DNA of 64,000 nt from Octopus sinensis. Lineage: Eukaryota. Below are positions 24,986 through 37,894 of this stretch, piece after piece. The stretch spans positions 20,088,001 to 20,152,000 of the forward strand of contig NC_043000.1 of NCBI RefSeq assembly GCF_006345805.1, written 5' to 3'. Position 1 is the first letter of the stretch; each line of letters starts with the position of its first letter. Made by a program: the position numbers and the translations under genes. The notes below the pieces were generated by a model, which was not told the origin of the DNA, did not search any database, and was given only the letters and a program-made list of their open reading frames with translations.

Positions 24986-25366
24986 TGTGGAGGCGCAATG
25001 GCCCAGTGGCTAGGGCAGCGGACTCGCGGTCATAGGATCGCGGTTTCGATTCCCAGACCGGGCGTTGTGAGTGTTTATTGAGCGAAAACACCTAAAGCTC
25101 CACGAGGCTCCGGCAGGGGATGGTGGTGATCCCTGCTGTACTCTTTCACCACAACTTTCTCTCACTCTACTCCTGTCTGTTGTACCTGTATTTCAAAGGG
25201 CCGGCCTTGTCACTCTCTGTGTCACGCTGAATATCCCCGAGAACTACGTTAAGGGTACACGTGTCTGTGGAGTGCTCAGCCACTTACACGTTAATTTCAC
25301 GAGCAGGCTGTTCCGTTGATTCGGATCAACCGGAACCCTCGTCGTCGTAACCGACGGAGTGCTTCC
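24986..25366 (+). mobile_element. SINE family A, full length
   Basis: 12-bp TSD atattggacatt at 24975-24986 and 25367-25378. Confidence 0.94.
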
Positions 25367-25393
25367 ATATTGGACATTAATGAGTAATGAAAC

Positions 25394-25781
25394 GGTGAGC
25401 TGGCAGAAACGTTAACACGACGGGCTAATTGCTTAGCGGTATTTCGTTTGCCGCTACGTTCTGAGTTCAAATTCCGCTGAGGTCGACTTTGCCTGTCATC
25501 CTTTCGGGGTCGATAAATTAAGTACCAGTTACGCACTGGGGTCGATGTAATCGACTTAATACCTATGTCTGTCCTTGTTTGTCCCCTCTGTGTTTAGGCC
25601 CTTGTGGGTAATAAAGAAATAGGTATTTCGTTTGCCGCTACGTTCTGAGTTCAAATTCCGCCGAGGTCGACTTTGCCTGTCATCCTTTCGGGATCGATAA
25701 ATTAAGTACCAGTTGCGTACTGGAGTCGATCTAATCGACTGGACCTCTCCCCCAAAATTTCGGGCCTAGAGTAGAAAAGAA
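25394..25781 (+). mobile_element. SINE family C, dimeric
   Basis: A box-like tggcagaaacgttaa, B box gagttcaaattcc; the B-box-containing ~110-bp block recurs at 25622. Confidence 0.88.
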
Positions 25782-25924
25782 TGAGCAATGTGCCACTGTC
25801 TTTCCAGCGGTACAAATGAAGGGAGGCTTGATTGATATTAATAAAAGACCGAGCAATCACGAAGAGACGCACTAGTGACGTAAAAGATAAACTACTTAAG
25901 AATCGAAACGGTCATCAGGTTACT

Positions 25925-25925
25925 C

Positions 25926-25957
<32 letters not shown>

Positions 25958-26126
25958 CTGCTTCTCTGTGTACATGCGTGATTGTGTGTGTGTATACATA
26001 TATACATACATACATACATACATACAGTGTAGGCAGGTAGGTAGGTAGGTAGGTAAGCAAGTAGGTAGGTAGGTACGTACGTGCGTACGCACGTACGATG
26101 ATAGGTACTTAGACAGACAGACAGAC

Positions 26127-26175
<49 letters not shown>

Positions 26176-26232
26176 TAGATAGATAGATAGATAGACAGAC
26201 AGAGAGACAGACAGACAGACAGACAGACACAG
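25925..26232. repeat. Compound (TG)/(CATA)/(GGTA)/(GATA)/(GACA) microsatellite
   Basis: Directly visible. Confidence 0.95.
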
Positions 26233-26572
26233 AAGCACACGCCCAAACTTTCATATAGTTTGATTGATCGTAAATGACTAGTATAGGAGTACAGAATAAG
26301 TTTTATATGTGTGTGCGTGTGCGTGTGTATGTATATGCTTACATTTATGTGAGAGTGTGTGTATCTATGTATGTAAGTGTGTACGTACTAATGTATGTGT
26401 GTCTGTGTATGTGTGTGTATGTGTGTGTATGTGAGTGCTTATACATTAACGTATAAAGGTTATTCACACACAGTTCAAATCCTTAATATGCGCATGCGCT
26501 CTGTTGCACCCAGGCACATGCACAGGCACACAGTTAATAAAGCATAAACATGTAAACGTCAACAATTGGTCA

Positions 26573-26615
<43 letters not shown>

Positions 26616-26650
26616 ATATATATATCGCCATATATATATATATATATATA

Positions 26651-27322
<672 letters not shown>

Positions 27323-27389
27323 TAAGTGTTGATTCTTTTTGCGCGCACAGTGTAAAACTAATTATGCAAAACGTCAATAACACGAGACC

Positions 27390-27433
<44 letters not shown>

Positions 27434-28224
27434 GATGATGATGATGATGATGATGGACGATGATGATGACGATGATGATGATCATGATGGTGGTTGTGGT
27501 GGTGGTCGTGAATGTGGTGTTGGAGGTGGTGGCGGAGGTGACAGCGGCGTGTGTGAATTTCTTGTGAAAACGTACTTCAGTTTTATTATATACAATGAAC
27601 CAGAAAAGTTAACGGTATTCATTTTCTGCTGCCTCTGTGCTTCCGTAGTATTGTCGTCGCAAAACAGCACAGATCAACCAATGAAATGGCTCGCTGCTTC
27701 ACGCTTGCCGAGTAGGAAAGCAGCAAGTTGAATACTTGGTAAGAATGATAGCGTTGAGTGTGTGCGTGTATGTGTGTGCGTATGTGTGTGTGTGTGCGTG
27801 TGTGTGTCGGTGACGATGGTGGCGGCTTGTACCGTGATGATGGTGACGGTGGTGGTGGTAGCGGCTTGTATGGTGATGATGGTGACGTTGCCTTGATGAT
27901 GGTTGCAGTGATGGCTGCGTTCGGAATGATGATGATGCTAATGATGGTGATGGTGGTGGTGGTGTTGAGTGTGATGGCTGTATGGAGAGTGTTTGTGTTT
28001 GTGCGGTGGGGGTGTCACAGATGTAGCGGCTGTAGTGTTAGTTGTGGTGGTTGTGATGCTGATGTAGTGGATGGTGATGGCTGTTGTAGTGGTGGATGTA
28101 GTGAGTAGTAGTAGTAGTAGTAGTAGTTTGATGGTGGTTGTAGTAGAAGTAGTAGTTATGGTAGCGGTGATGGTGGTGATGGTGGTTATGGTGATGATGC
28201 TAATAGGTGTAGTAATAGTAGTAA

Positions 28225-28280
<56 letters not shown>

Positions 28281-28367
28281 ATGATGGTGGTGGTAGTGGT
28301 AGAATAGTAGTAGTAGTAGTAGCAATAATGATGTTGTAGCGGTGGTGATGATGATGATGATGGTCCC

Positions 28368-28404
<37 letters not shown>

Positions 28405-28894
28405 TAGTAGTAACAGTTGTTTGTTATTGTGGTTTCGATTGTGGTAATAGTGGTGAAGTAGTGAGATTGTGGTGGCGCTATAACAGCAGTGATTTTCTTG
28501 TTGTTAATGGTGATGGTGATGACAATGGGTTTGTTGGTGATAATAGGGAAATTAGTTGGACGTGACGGCGGCAGCGGCGGCAGCGGCGGCAGCGGCGGCA
28601 GCGGCGGCCGTGGTGGCGGTGGTGATGGATGTGGGGTGGAGGTGGTGGGGGCATCCGATGGTGGAGGTCGTGGTTTGAACGATTGTCCTGCGTTAATGAT
28701 AGTGATGGTGTTGATGACAAAGGCGATCATAATGGTTACGGTGGTAGTGGTGGTGGTGGTGGTTGGTGGTAGTGGTGGTGGTGGTGGTGGTGGTGGTGGT
28801 GGTGGTGGTGGTGGTGGTGGTGTGGTGGTGGTCGCGGTACCTGCGACGCTGTTGCTGACATGATTGCGATGCTGATGATGGAAAGATGCTACTG

Positions 28895-28926
<32 letters not shown>

Positions 28927-28948
28927 GATGATGATGACGATGACGATA

Positions 28949-29001
<53 letters not shown>

Positions 29002-29023
29002 AATGGTGATGATGATGGTGATG

Positions 29024-29055
<32 letters not shown>

Positions 29056-29108
29056 GATGAGGATGACGACGATGATGATGATGTTGATGATGATGATGAT
29101 GTTGATGG

Positions 29109-29175
<67 letters not shown>

Positions 29176-29985
29176 GATGATGATGATAGTGGTGGTGAGA
29201 GTGAAAGTGGAGATGGTGGAGACGGTTGTAGCAGTCGTAGTTTTACGAGCGGTGGTGGCGGCGGTTGCGGCGGTAGCGGTGACGAAGATGGTGAAGGTGG
29301 TAAAGATTGATAGTGATGGTGGTGATGATGGTGGTGGTGGTGGTAGCGGTGACAATGGCAACGGTTGTGATTTTGGCAATGGTAAGATGCTAATGATAGT
29401 GACAATGGTAGCGAGGGTGGTGAGGTAGATGTCATTGTGATGTTGCCTCGGGAAGTGATGTGTTAATGGTGGTGGCAGTGGTGGTGGTGGCGGTGGGAGT
29501 GGTAGTGGCGGTGCTGGTGGTGATGGTGGCGGCGGCGGCAGCGGCGTTAAACGTGTTTTTGACGAAATGGTGGTTATAGCACTACGGAAGATGATGATGA
29601 TGATGAGGCGAAAAGAAGACAGAAAGAAAGAAAGAAAAGAAGGAAGGAAGGAGGAGGAAGAGGAAAAGAAGAAGACGACGATGATTATGGTGATGATGAT
29701 GATGAGGAGGAGGAGGAGGAGGAGGAGAGAAATGAAAAGAAGACGAAGACGAAGACGAGGAGGAGGAGGAGAAGAAGAAGAAGAAGAAGAAGAAGAGGGT
29801 AGGAATAGTAGTGGTGGTGGTGGTGGTTGTGCTGACGGCAGCGGCAGCGGCGCTGGTAGCAGTGTCTGATGCCACATTGCTGATTCTTCGGTTCCACGTC
29901 ACTGTTGACATCATGAAATGCATGAACATCACAACCTCATTTACGTCTCTTTACTGGCATAACAAAAATAAAGAAGCTTGTTCGA

Positions 29986-30031
<46 letters not shown>

Positions 30032-30147
30032 CGATAGAGAGAGAGAGAGAGAGGGAGAGGGAGAGGGAGAGACAGGCAGGCAGGCAGGCACAGAGAAAGA
30101 GAGAGACAGAGTCAGAAAGAGACTCAGAGAGAGGGAGAGAGAGATAC

Positions 30148-30180
<33 letters not shown>

Positions 30181-30203
30181 GACAGAGAGACACAGAGAGA
30201 GGG

Positions 30204-30290
<87 letters not shown>

Positions 30291-30324
30291 TGGACGGACG
30301 GACGGACAGACAGACGGACGGACG

Positions 30325-30356
<32 letters not shown>

Positions 30357-30380
30357 GCCGGGTGGACGGATGGATGGATT
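27390..30380. repeat. About 3-kb compound simple-repeat field: GAT, GGT, GTA, GGC, GAA triplets, then GATA/GA/GACA
   Basis: Directly visible; contains small non-repetitive islands. Confidence 0.95.
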
Positions 30381-30514
30381 GATGGATTATCAGAGTGTCG
30401 AACAAAACGCTTTGCTGTGCTTATTCCGACTTTTTACGTTGTGAGTTCAAATCATACCGAAGTTTATCTCACCTGACATCGCTATGTTATGGAACTGATA
30501 AAAATAAAGTACAA

Positions 30515-31050
30515 GTCATGAAGTGTTTAGCGGCATTTCCTTCCGGTACTCTACATTCTGAGTTCAAATCCTACCGACGTTCACTTTGCCTGTCATCCTT
30601 TCTGATAGGATGGAATAAATATCAGTCAAATATTCTTTTCTACTCTAGGCACAAGGCCCGAAATTTTGGGGTATAGGGCAGGGAGGCAGTCGATTAGATC
30701 GACCTCAGTACTTAACTGGCACTTGATTTATCGACCCCGAAAGGATGAAAGGCAAAGTCGACCTCGGCGGAATTTGAACTCAGAACGTAACGGCAGACGA
30801 AATACCGCTAAGTATTTCGCCTAGCGTTATAAAGTTTCTTGTTTCTTTATTTCCCACAAGGGGCTAGACATAGAGGGGACAAACAAGGACAGTCAGAAGA
30901 ATTAAGTCGATTACATTGAACCCAATGCGTAACTGGTACTTAATTTATCGACCCCAAAAGGATGAAAGGCAAAGTCGACCTCGGCGGAATTTGAACTCAG
31001 AACGTAACGGCAGACGACATACCGCTAACGTTTCTGTCAGCACGCCGTCT
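30515..31050 (-). mobile_element. SINE family C dimer (30629-31050, -) abutting an older C copy (30515-30628, +)
   Basis: Reverse complement matches the two-unit structure of 25394-25781. Confidence 0.85.
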
Positions 31051-31119
31051 TAATAACAGTCAAAAATATTGAGAACTGATGTAATCGGCTTTCCCTTTCC
31101 CTAAAACTTCGGCCGTTGA

Positions 31120-31260
31120 GCCCTTAGTTGACAGGATCGAATTTGGCTTTCATCCTTTCGGGGTCAATAAATTAAGTACCAGTTGAACACAGGTTGATGT
31201 AATCGATTATCAATTATCCACCTTCCCCAAAATTTCAGGCCTTGCGCCTATTGTAGAAAG
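31120..31260 (+). mobile_element. SINE family C 3' part
   Basis: ctttcatcctttcggggtcaataaattaagtaccag...aaaatttcaggccttg..tagaaagg followed by (ATT)n. Confidence 0.75.
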
Positions 31261-31261
31261 G

Positions 31262-31309
<48 letters not shown>

Positions 31310-31310
31310 T

Positions 31311-31712
31311 TTATAGCGTGTTTTCACTTCCCTACCGAGCGCGGCTCTGTGTGCCTTAGGTATGTGCTGTGATTTGTTGTGATGCTCTGATGGTTATTGT
31401 ATGGAAAGTGTTCTGTGTAGGATGTGTGCAGTGCCTAGTAGTGCAATTTTCTGTATGTTATATGTGTTTGTAAGTCCTGGTGTTTTTGTTATGTATTTGT
31501 TTGAATATTTTTTTATCATGCCTAATGCACCTACTATGATAGGAATTGTTTCTGTTTTTAGATTCCACATTCTGAAAACCTCTATTTCCAGGTGTTTGTA
31601 TTTTGAATGTTTCTCCATTTCTTTTAGAGACACGTTGTCATCTGCCGGTATTGATACATCAATTAGAAAGCATTATTTTTCTTCATGATCTCTGACAACT
31701 ATATCTGGTCTG
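31311..31712 (-). mobile_element. R4/Dong-clade LINE 3' fragment (RLE C-terminus plus 3' UTR) inside (TAA)n
   Basis: KEMEKHSKYKHLEIEVFRMWNLKTETIPIIVGALGMIKK...IQKIALLGTAHILHRTLS; (ATT)n on both flanks. Confidence 0.88.
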
Positions 31713-31755
<43 letters not shown>

Positions 31756-31788
31756 TATTATTATTATTATTATTATTATCATTATCAA

Positions 31789-31832
<44 letters not shown>

Positions 31833-31837
31833 GAAGG

Positions 31838-32135
31838 CAGCCGCCGAGGTCGACTTTACCTTTCATCCCTTTCGGGGTCGATAAAATAAGTACACTGGGG
31901 TCGATGTAATCTACTCATTCCCCCCCCCCACACACACACACACACCTAAATTACTGCTCTTTTAGCAAAATTTAGAACCATTATAAGAAGGCGGCATGCC
32001 AGGCGAAATGCATAGTGACATTTCATCCATCTCCACATTCTGAGTTCAAATTCCGCCGAGGTCGACTTTGCCTTTCATTTTTTGCGGGGGGAATCAATAA
32101 AATCAAGCAGCCTCGACCCCGATATTGCTGGCCTT
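31838..32135 (+). mobile_element. Two partial SINE C copies
   Basis: ccgaggtcgacttt(a/g)cctttcat blocks at ~31845 and ~32055. Confidence 0.7.
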
Positions 32136-32176
32136 GTACCAAAGACTGAAATCAATATTATTATTATTATTATTTT

Positions 32177-32240
32177 TTTTCCTTTTTCAAATTTTCTTCC
32201 ATTTCTTGCCGAGTGTTTTCCGTACAGAGAAGCTCATTTT
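32177..32240 (-). mobile_element. Short R4/Dong 3' UTR fragment
   Basis: ttttcaaattttcttccatttcttgccgagtgt matches the 3' UTR at 33005-33060; adjacent (ATT)n. Confidence 0.65.
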
Positions 32241-32616
32241 ACCGAGGTCCCACTTTGCCTTTCATTTTTCTTGAGGGTCAACGAAATAAGAATCAGTTTA
32301 GTAATGGGGTCGATGTAATCGAGTAAGCCTCTCTCGCTAAAATTGCTGTCCTTATGCAAAAATTACAAAGAATTATTCGAATACCGTCTCCTAACCGAGT
32401 TGCAGCCAGTCACAGAGCAAGATTGGATATTTGACATCTAGAATGTTGCTAGGCGCTCACAGCATTGTTACCAGCTGGACAAAGCCGTTAGCAGGAAAAC
32501 AACTCGAGATTGCTATAGGGAGTTAGTTGAGGTATGAGCGACGATTGACTCTGGGCATGAACGAGAACATGCTGAGTGGAGCACTTTCAGGTCATCATCA
32601 TCATAATTATTATTAT

Positions 32617-32790
32617 TTCTCTTTATCACCGGTCTTCTTGGAGCCCCTGGAGTCTTGCATGCGTAGCGGGCTTGCTACCTGCAGCCTACGGTACCATGCT
32701 CTCTGTTTTCAGCTATCTAATACTTTGCCGAGGAGGCAAGCCTTTTGTAACAGTCCTACTGGGCACCCTATTCTAATTTTCTTTATAAAA
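32617..32790 (-). mobile_element. R4/Dong-clade LINE extreme 3' end
   Basis: Minus strand KKIRIGCPVGLLQKACLLGKVLDS* then a UTR and an (AAT)n tail. Confidence 0.7.
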
Positions 32791-32994
32791 CGCTAGGAAC
32801 CTTTCGAAGCGCCTCCCCTTATTGGGAGTTTTTCGTTGTTATATTATTTGATTGTTACACTGTTTTTACACGATTTTTTCACAAACGGACAAAACCCTTT
32901 GTAACCTTTCGTCCTGTTTTGTCCCTTTATGTTTTCTAATCATGTGTGTCAGCCCTTGTGGCCAATAAAAAGAATTAATTATTATTATTATTTT

Positions 32995-33468
32995 TTTTTT
33001 TTTTTTCTTCTTTCAAATTTTCTTCCGTTTCTTGCCGAGTGTCTTCCCGACTCCTAGGGCAAAGAAACTCATAGTGTATATTGGTAGGCCATTAAACCAA
33101 ACTCAGTAGTTCGTTTTTTTTTTTTTTTGTTTTTTTTTAAAGTTAAATTAAAATACATGAGCAGCAACAGTTCTCACATCGACAATGCTCTTCTCAATAC
33201 GTGTGATGTACCAGTTAAGACAATCTTTTGCACTTCTTGCAGGGATGGTAAGCCAGGGATCATTCTTATATAATTTTCGGTTCCCTTCTTGATCATTCCT
33301 AGTGCTTCTATGATCACTGGTATTGTAACCGCCTTGAGATGCCACATTTTCTCAATTTCAATGAGTAGGTCTTTAAATTTCAATGAGTAGGTCTTTATCA
33401 ATTTCAATGAGTAGGTCTTTATCAATTTCAATGAGTGGTCTTTATCAATTTCAATGATTTGGTCTTTT
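32995..33468 (-). mobile_element. R4/Dong-clade LINE 3' fragment with tandem-amplified 5' junction
   Basis: KDLLIEIEKMWHLKAVTIPVIIEALGMIKK...VQKIVLTGTSHVLRRALSM*, UTR, then An(AAT)n tail. Confidence 0.88.
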
Positions 33469-33469
33469 C

Positions 33470-33591
33470 ATTTCATTAGTATTCTTATTATTATTATTTT
33501 ATTATTATTATTATTTTATTATTATTATTCTTTTATTATTATCATCATTATTATCATATTATTATATTATTATTATTATTATTATTATTAT

Positions 33592-33623
<32 letters not shown>

Positions 33624-33665
33624 ACTTTTATTATTATTATTATCATCATTATTAGCATTATTTTA

Positions 33666-33731
<66 letters not shown>

Positions 33732-33779
33732 TTTTATTATATTATTATCATCATATTATCATTATTATTATTATTATTA

Positions 33780-33817
<38 letters not shown>

Positions 33818-33985
33818 TTTATTATTATATTATCACATTATATATTATTATTATTATTATTATTATTATCATCATTATTATCATTATATTATTATTATTA
33901 TCATTATTATTATATTATTATTATGATTATTATTATTATTATTATTATTTTATATTATTATTATTATTATTATATTATGAATAAA
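33470..33985. repeat. Imperfect (ATT)n microsatellite
   Basis: Directly visible. Confidence 0.95.
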
Positions 33986-34198
33986 GTGGCGAACTGGCAG
34001 AATCGTTAGAACGCCGAGCAAAATGCTTAACAATATTTCCTCTGTCCTTACGCCCTGAGTTCAAATTCCGCCGAGGTCAACTTTGCCATTCATCCTTTCG
34101 GGGTCGATAAATTAAGTACCAGTTAAACACTGCGGTCGATGTCATCGACTAGTCCCCTCCCACATAATTTCAGGCCTTGTGCTTATAGTAGAAAGGAT
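33986..34198 (+). mobile_element. SINE family C monomer
   Basis: ggcgaactggcagaatcgttag...gagttcaaattccgccgaggtc...tagtagaaagg. Confidence 0.85.
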
Positions 34199-34241
34199 TG
34201 TAATAATAATAATAATAATAATTATTATTATTATTATTATT

Positions 34242-34798
34242 GAGTGAGCGAGCAGAGCATGCCATCAAAGTGACACTGGGGTAAAATATACGAAGCCCAG
34301 TATACCCATCATGACTACCCGTCTGATAAGGGTACACCAGGCACATGCATCACAACCATATGTGCGCGACATGGTGATCTCATATCAAGATAAACAGCAC
34401 ATGACCTTGCAGGTGGAGCCCAGTTAGAATTTTCTTCAGATCGAGTAACCCATCCCGCTCAAAAGGTCTCTGAATAAGGGTTGTTTAAGGACGTTGAAAG
34501 AACCACCCATGCTTCCAGAGGTTAATTATTCAAACCCCAAAGAATCCTTCTCAACACATGGCTATGATGCTCCCCCACTACTTCTGCTCGTGATCAGAGA
34601 TGCACACATCGTCAGCCACTAAGGGACATGCTCAACTGGTTACGGTCAAACAACTGACAAGCAAATCTGTGGTATTGAGCAGAATATTTGCTGTAGCCCA
34701 TCTTTTATACCAAGACAAAACAATGTACATGATAACACTTCCAATCAGTTAAGATCAGAAGCCATGAGAGCCACTGCCTGGTACTGCATCAGGGCATT
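34242..34798 (-). mobile_element. Unclassified (AAT)n-flanked retroelement (family F), longest copy
   Basis: 557-bp non-coding unit in (ATT)n; its 3' end (gtcactttgatggcatgctctgctc..tcactc-aataat) recurs at 34995-35053 (-) and 51461-51493 (+). Confidence 0.7.
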
Positions 34799-34832
34799 TA
34801 TTATTATTATTATTATTATTATCATTATTATT

Positions 34833-34905
34833 TTTTTTTTCTTCTTTCAAATTTGCTTCCATTTCTTGCCGAGTGTCTTCCCGACTCCCAGGGCAAAGAA
34901 ACGTA
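34833..34905 (-). mobile_element. Short R4/Dong 3' UTR fragment
   Basis: Matches 33005-33070; (ATT)n on both sides. Confidence 0.75.
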
Positions 34906-34915
34906 ATTTCTTTAC

Positions 34916-34978
<63 letters not shown>

Positions 34979-34994
34979 CATCATCATTATTATT

Positions 34995-35053
34995 GAGTGA
35001 GAGAGCAGAGCATGCCATCAAAGTCACACTGCGTTAAAATATGCGAAGCCCAG
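34995..35053 (-). mobile_element. Family F, 5'-truncated copy
   Basis: Aligns to 34242-34300. Confidence 0.75.
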
Positions 35054-35069
35054 TTATTATTATATGAAA

Positions 35070-35215
35070 AAGGAAACGAGCAGGCAGAATCGTTATCACG
35101 CCGAGTAAAACGCTTAGCAATATTTCGTCTACTGTTATGCTCTAAGTTCAAATTCCACCGAGATCGACTATTCCATTCATCCTTTCAGGGCCGATAAATT
35201 AAGTAACAGTTGAAC
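35070..35215 (+). mobile_element. SINE family C, diverged
   Basis: ggcagaatcgttatcacgccg...aagttcaaattccaccgagatcgac...gataaattaagta. Confidence 0.7.
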
Positions 35216-35592
35216 ACGTTTTAGGGAAGCTTTCCTCAATGTTTTTTATATGTCTCTGTAGGCATTCGCACTAACAGTACGAATACCTATAGTGTTTCTG
35301 GCACTTGAAAGGTTCTGTGGTGCCGAAGATCACATACCCTTTCTCTCGTCGTCCTTCCTTCCTGCTATGGGAGCCATCAATTGTTTATTGGGCCTCTTCA
35401 TTAGCATGAAGTCTGGTGTTTTTGTGGTTGGCTGTTGCTGTTGGGAATGCTTCCTTTCCGTCGGTCGTTGCAATTGGGGTAATGCGAGTGAAGCTGGCTG
35501 TGATTTCGGTGCTTGAGAGGTTGGTGATGCTGTTGGTGTGTCTGTGCCAGTTGTTGGTCTGTTTTCAATGTTTTTGGTGTGTGTGTGTGTAT

Positions 35593-35642
<50 letters not shown>

Positions 35643-36347
35643 TGTGTGTGTGTGTGCGTGTGTGTGTGTGTCTGTGTCTGTGTTTTGGTGTGTAACATTA
35701 TATTTTATTGTAATTCCTTGTTGGTCTTTTGGGTTTTAGGAGTTCTCCCTCATTTTCACTGTGAGTTGCAGATGAGTCCGTGTCTGAGGAGTCGGGGCGT
35801 GAGTCACTGAAAAAAATTGGAGTTTGGAGTAGACGGAGAGAGGGGAGGTGTGGAAGAGCTTCATTGGGAGAGACTCTGCGTGCTGAGTGTGCCAATTCTT
35901 ATTATTCCTTCTGTTGCTGAAGGGAGTGGTGGTGGTGGTGCATTCGCTTGCTGGCCTTCTTGTTGGCGGTGCAGCTGTTGTCTTCTTCTTCTTCTTCTTC
36001 TTCTTCTTCTTCTTCTTCTTCTTCTTCTTCTTCTTCTTCTTCTTCTCTTCTTCTTCTTCTTCTTCCAATCAGGACTCACGCCATTAGCCACAAAGAATAA
36101 TCTCTAATTCGAGCCTACTCTAAGCGACTAAGAATGCGTGTGGCAACTTGAAGATCCACCCACCACACGCGATAGACTGGCGCTTGCACGGGCGCGAAAG
36201 CTACGCTGTTATCCTCATTCCGTATACGGTGGCTTTTAACAGGAGGAGAGCTGAACCATCCTGGGGTACAGAGGATTCACAATCTAGACTAGGATCTGAA
36301 AGTTTACCACACCATAGCAGGTTACACCATGGTTCCTTTGCTTTGTA

Positions 36348-36537
36348 GCAGAAGTAGGAGGAAAGAGTGAGAGAAAGTTGTGGTGAAAGAGTACAGCGGG
36401 GTTCATCACTCTTCCCGCCGGAGCCTCTTGGAGCTTAGGTGTTTTGCTCAATAAACACTCACAATGTCTGGGAATCGAAACCACGTTCTTACGACCGCGA
36501 GTCCGCTGTCCTAACCACTGGGCCATTGCACCTCCAC
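36348..36537 (-). mobile_element. SINE family A, 5' half
   Basis: Reverse complement of the A head and body. Confidence 0.88.
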
Positions 36538-37205
36538 TGCTGCTCTTGTTGCTCTTGTGGTTGATTTTACTAGTGTTGCTGAGATTGCTGCTGTTGTTAG
36601 TGTTGTTGATCTTCCACCATTTACTGTTTTTGCTGTTTCTGTCATTGATGATGTCGTTGTTTTGGCTTTAAATTTGATTTTGTTACTGATCGTTGCTGGT
36701 TTGGTGTTGGCAAATAATTGGCAGAAAGCTCTTAAGTGGCCTTTCTCTTCACACAAATGGCATCATGACATCGTACCCTCAACTGTAACCTGTAGTTCTT
36801 CTCCACCCACCAGGAAGGCGAATGAGGCCTGGGATTTCATGTATTGCCCTGGTTTAATGTAGAGGAGCAGCTCCACACTGGTCCCAGACCAATTTTTAAG
36901 AGAGGTCCTCTTCACCTCCAGGTAGCTATTGTTCCTTCCAAAATCCACCACAATTTTACCTCCGGTGGTATTCCAGTGATCTTTATGCGCACCATCCTTC
37001 TTAAATAGGATGGGTGGAGCACATATTTTTCACTCCGACAGGAAACTACAGAGTATTTGGTGGCCTTGAAGAGCACTGAATAATCCGCAAACCATTTCGC
37101 CCTCGAGACATGCTGAATGCCGAGCATTATGCCTTTCAGTGCCCCTTCCACATTTGTCTGATTAGCCATCTCCAGTCGCTTTGTGCTTATAGAAATATAT
37201 TTATA

Positions 37206-37595
37206 CTAGCAGTATCGCCCGGCGTTGCTCGGGTTTGTTTCGACCCTTTAGAATTGGAATTTTTGAAAAGTAAAAATGTTGCATTATGTAGCTTGTTATT
37301 CTCTTTAAGTGGACATTTTTGTGGTTGAACTACACCGAAAAACGGTGACATGGCAGTAAAAAAATCGTAAAAAATAGGGATTTTCATAGAAAAAAGTACC
37401 GTTTGATGTAAATAATTTTTGGTGTTAACATTGTCTGATTTGAATTTTTTCTTCTGCAGAAGGAACAGCAAGCCTTCTTCTATCATACTCTCAAGTTTGG
37501 TCAACTTGCGCCGTAGGGTCTTGGAAGAGATAATGTTAGTTGAAGGCTACCAAACCTGCCATTCACAGACAACTTCAGCTTTATATATAGAGAGA
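37206..37595 (-). mobile_element. Non-autonomous Helitron
   Basis: Minus strand starts TC, ends with the hairpin cccgagcaacgccggg then CTAG; inserted between A and T; no TSD. Confidence 0.85.
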
Positions 37596-37894
37596 TTTAA
37601 CAGTTTTCTTTTTCGTTTCTGCAAACTCCTCAGGGAATTTAGCTATGTCCGCCCGCGCTTTCTACAGCCTTATCAATTTAGCTACCTCGGCTAGACAAAA
37701 ATCTTTCTAAAGCAGGTCTATTTTAAAAAATCTCCTTGCTTTTCGCCGCTGTTGCTGCGAATTTATTGTTGTTGATCACGTCATTGTTAATTACAATTTT
37801 ATTTGTTGTAGCTTATGGGGATGGCGGTGTAGGTTGTGGTCGTATTCGTAGGCTTGTTACAACTACTATGTGGCATTGACACATTCCAAATGAT

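Larger units (their letters stand above)
35225..37770 (-). mobile_element. L1/Tx1-like LINE ORF1 (gag-like) remnant, interrupted by SINE A, a Helitron and microsatellites
   Basis: CX2CX4HX4C knuckle CHLCEEKGHLRAFC (36721-36762), preceded by RIKITGIPPEV and FAFLVGGEELQVTVEG; the frame resumes across the Helitron. Confidence 0.65.

Noticed and set aside
28200-29877. 411-aa and 394-aa P/S/T/I-rich ORFs
   Set aside because: Translations of GGT/GAT/GTA triplet arrays with no domain or non-repetitive coding content.
33352-33468. CRISPR-like direct repeats
   Set aside because: Head-to-tail tandem units without spacers, eukaryotic context, derived from LINE coding sequence.
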